Of a stretch of DNA of 64,000 nucleotides, positions 62,101 through 64,000 are shown one piece after another. The first letter of the stretch is position 1; each line of letters opens with the position of its first letter. Source of the DNA: an uncultured Candidatus Saccharibacteria bacterium (lineage in GTDB: Bacteria; Patescibacteriota; Minisyncoccia; Phycocordibacterales; UBA12088). The stretch is from positions 3,444 to 67,443 of the forward strand of contig CAZWNC010000002.1 of the NCBI GenBank assembly GCA_964635195.1. Reading direction: 5' to 3'. A program made the translations under genes and the position numbers. A model generated the notes under the pieces. That model searched no databases and was not told the DNA's origin. It worked only from the letters and a program-made list of their open reading frames with translations.

Positions 62101-64000
62101 AATATTCTCCACCTCGGTGTTACCGGCGGTTGCGTGGGCGTGCTCCTTACGCTGTATCTTCCAGTTCGAGCCGGTAAATTCAACGACCGCATAACTCACG
62201 ACACTTGCAACCGATCCGGTGGTACCCCGCGTAAAAGTAGTGGTATCATCACCCGCATTCCACACAGCAGTGGAAATACCCGCATTGTAGTTTGTCGTAT
62301 TTGCAGCAGGGTTACGTTGTCCCGTGATGAACACCACAACATCCGCATCATCTACGACATCGGAAGCCGCTGACGTTGTTGCATAGAGCGACGTCGAAGT
62401 GTATGCGAGTGCTTCCTGCGCGCGGACCTTCATTTCATTGTCTCCGCCCGAAGGCCCAATATACTCCACAACCTCCCAGTACACACGCGTATTGTTTGTT
62501 GTCCCCGCTCGTGCAAATGTTACTCCGGTCATGAGGTCGCTCGGGTTCACGATGCTGACCGTTACATTACTCGCGTTTTGCGCACCACCACCACTGTTGG
62601 CACCCGCTCCCGTATACATGGCGTTCGTAATACGCACAAAGGCACTGGTGCTTGCTTTTGGTGCGACGTATTCGGCACCTGCGGTGATATTCACGGTAGA
62701 CGCGCCCGCTCCTATCGTACTTACTCCTCGTTGAATATAAAAATCCTGATTGGTGCGAACGGTCGCTTGTGGGTATGCATCATACGTTTCGAGCGGTGAG
62801 CCACCTGCCGTCAAACGGAAACAGTATGTCCCTCCGAACGCGGCATTTCCGGTCGGTTCAAGTGCATACTCAAGCTCGAGAAAATTCGTCGACAAAAGTG
62901 TGAGGGCTGAGGTCGTTGCAGTTGTATCGCGCACCCCGCCGTTTGGTGTCTTAAACGTTGTGTTTGAGTCGGTGACGCCACCCGTACCGACCCCAATGTT
63001 CGTCGTATCCGCACCATTAGTGAGGTAGGATGAGTCCGAGAGCGTCCATGCACCATTTACTGTTTCAATAGGTAACCATGCTCCTATCGCATCGCAGGTA
63101 CTTACCCGTTCAGCATACTCAAGCCCAAAAGAAGTGGGGAGACTTGGTGAGGAACCACCCTTTGATGCTTCGATGCGCAAGCGAATTGGCTCATTATGCA
63201 CCACACCGGATACGGGTGTGTCCTCAACCCCTCCCGTCGCTGAGGTGGCACCCGACTCACTTCCGTCGTCATTACGCCAGTGGTAGTGCGTCTGCGAGAT
63301 AAGTGCTTTCTCGATTGTGGTAGAACCGGTAATGGCAACTGGGGTGTTCGGATTGACCGTACCTGCGGACACCACCACTTCGCTACCCGGATTTGAAATT
63401 TCAACATCAATCGTGTCATTAGCAGATGCGCTCGTGTCCACATCAACAACCGCATACACACACATCGCGGACGTGGTCGAAATGCCAACCGAACCGCCAA
63501 AGTATGCCGAACCATCTGCACCCGAAAAGCTTGAGGAGGCGCTGCCGTACTGCGCTTCGTCACCACCATACGACACATCCGAACAATCGTACGGTGTCGT
63601 GGTACTCATCTCATACAAAAGGCGAACATTCGACAGATCGTTTTGCGCGTCCACCGACCCGTTCTCGGTAAGCGTGATGGCTGTCACGTTGCGTGAAGCC
63701 ACTTGATCCTCAATGAGGAACGCGCCACCAAGGTACTGACTGACCCCGGGCGACACAGCGGTTGTTGCTTGCGTTCCAACGGCGCTCACCATCACCGCCG
63801 CAGTCATCGTAGATTCACCATATATATTGTATGCAGGTAACGGGGTACCGGCATCCGTGACACGAAAACAGTAGGTCGTACCGTCGGTTGCTCCGGAGAG
63901 CGCCCGTATCGCATACTCGATCTCGACGAACTCCGTTTCGGCAAGCGTCACCCCTCCTGTCTGTGATGAGGTGTCCTTTACGGCGCCATTTGGTGTTTTG
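59113..64000 (-). CDS. Second giant modular surface protein, 5' end beyond the window (at least 1,628 aa visible)
   Basis: The frame is open from the window edge; the ORF-track start at 63951 is a GTG inside a longer open frame. It has repeated ~150-aa modules ([HF]Y.W(R).DDG ... LRLR ... LQY ... YCFR) that also occur in the 6,783-aa protein. Confidence 0.75.
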   Translation of the reverse strand, partial: KTPNGAVKDTSSQTGGVTLAETEFVEIEYAIRALSGATDGTTYCFRVTDAGTPLPAYNIYGESTMTAAVMVSAVGTQATTAVSPGVSQYLGGAFLIEDQVASRNVTAITLTENGSVDAQNDLSNVRLLYEMSTTTPYDCSDVSYGGDEAQYGSASSSFSGADGSAYFGGSVGISTTSAMCVYAVVDVDTSASANDTIDVEISNPGSEVVVSAGTVNPNTPVAITGSTTIEKALISQTHYHWRNDDGSESGATSATGGVEDTPVSGVVHNEPIRLRIEASKGGSSPSLPTSFGLEYAERVSTCDAIGAWLPIETVNGAWTLSDSSYLTNGADTTNIGVGTGGVTDSNTTFKTPNGGVRDTTATTSALTLLSTNFLELEYALEPTGNAAFGGTYCFRLTAGGSPLETYDAYPQATVRTNQDFYIQRGVSTIGAGASTVNITAGAEYVAPKASTSAFVRITNAMYTGAGANSGGGAQNASNVTVSIVNPSDLMTGVTFARAGTTNNTRVYWEVVEYIGPSGGDNEMKVRAQEALAYTSTSLYATTSAASDVVDDADVVVFITGQRNPAANTTNYNAGISTAVWNAGDDTTTFTRGTTGSVASVVSYAVVEFTGSNWKIQRKEHAHATAGNTEVENITAVNDASRAFLHTQKRVGVNQVDEFGHEVWLSSVGQVSYYIPSTAASANTHVHVAWVIENTQTNGSPLKVTRSNNPQASGGVEPSTYSIPIGTTLSALSNSSIFMNMIGLGNTTAHPRAIMGATIASTTHYELWISDTGSARSYRTEVVEWPTAELAFEQNFYQWYDNNDALDPTDAWPPGAGNLGEYAPITLSDDPPTEGDVLRLRMSVLVHGSSVSRETKRFRLQYGVRTTVCGAITEWHEVGDSASTTIWRGYNASPLAGTALSGDPPTGGDLNLSVADRAGTYEESGRTSLNPYKLRINDDVEYDWVLTPNGVADKTAYCFRMVNDDLSEFATYTYHPTLTTAGFEVTQGNWRFFDDETSLTPVSPLAATNTAPSGVGPGDVFKLRVTLAEVAGKTGTNVKFKLQYSTLSDFSVAYDVVDQDTCVYGSRWCMANGAGEEGEPVQDVVLTANACSGGVGDGCGTHTEYTYSPDVIGEVGTTSVDGTGTTISLLHTYDDPVFIVEAISGDSGGGAGNRPAVASITGTSTNSVTVRIIRPDNEVGSHGPETVGYVVMERGAHLLPDGRRVDVGTRDTMHYYGSDVSGASDDTCSFTQTFSDAPILLTSLQTDNNTGTPDFLTASQALVTANDFACSMEVPDGETNEPTMPETYGWVAIEGGAFKNNGTPIVATTTGVVVSGWSNTPWYQELFPFDWFTRVPGLVASKQTRNGAEGGWVRYDEVMSESTLFAIDERDDGERSHGNEGVGYFAFGTSSGVLYRGGASGVSFPAGAVQEHEFTLMHKDAAVGQVYYFRVYDVNADAPVSTSTVPGSYPSIVSASGEVTFTVSGVASGSSTEGVVMDVTTTALSIPFGSLSLGTDLNAAQRLTVSTNASNGYQVFAYERQPLTAGAGQTIQGITGTNAAPVGWSSGCAVLAPSCFGYHAGDNTLAGGSTRFLAPDTFAALSNAAAEVAYSGGPVPAESTDIVYRIRANIGQAAGLYESKLVYIVVPVF

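Noticed and set aside
1-64000. tRNA, rRNA or other structured RNA genes
   Set aside because: I scanned all intergenic regions longer than 80 nt (1605-1815, 3877-4128, 16300-16625, 17402-17713, 40594-40987, 48181-48389) by eye for cloverleaf-compatible or rRNA-like sequence. None was recognised, and the absence is not proven without tRNAscan-SE or Infernal.

Overview
This 64-kb window (GC about 55%) has two parts. The first ~19 kb carries compact housekeeping genes on both strands: rpiB (partial), gap, RNase J, corA, an MFS transporter, a minimal dcw cluster (mraZ-rsmH-ftsL-ftsI), a short RelA/SpoT homolog, an ABC-F ATPase, NUDIX, a sugar kinase and pterin-4a-carbinolamine dehydratase. An intact IS30-family insertion sits at 17714-18791 with 25-bp terminal inverted repeats and a 3-bp CCA target duplication. 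From 19.5 kb to the window end every gene is on the minus strand, and almost all encode predicted extracytoplasmic proteins. The centrepiece is one uninterrupted 20,352-nt ORF (20242-40593) encoding a 6,783-aa, N-terminally anchored, highly modular, internally repeated protein. Next to it lie a cohesin-like membrane protein and a dockerin-bearing secreted protein, a small-heat-shock gene, and a four-gene cassette resembling Firmicute Csc/WxL cell-surface-complex clusters (three paralogous signal-peptide plus C-terminal-anchor proteins and a WxL-like protein). Further along are a 1,349-aa membrane protein and a second giant modular ORF (59113 to beyond 64000) that shares a ~150-aa module with the 6,783-aa protein. 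I read this as a previously uncharacterised cell-surface or attachment apparatus, of the kind seen in small-genome (CPR/Patescibacteria-like) bacteria. No rRNA, tRNA or CRISPR array was recognised. All domain calls are by-eye motif recognition, not database searches.
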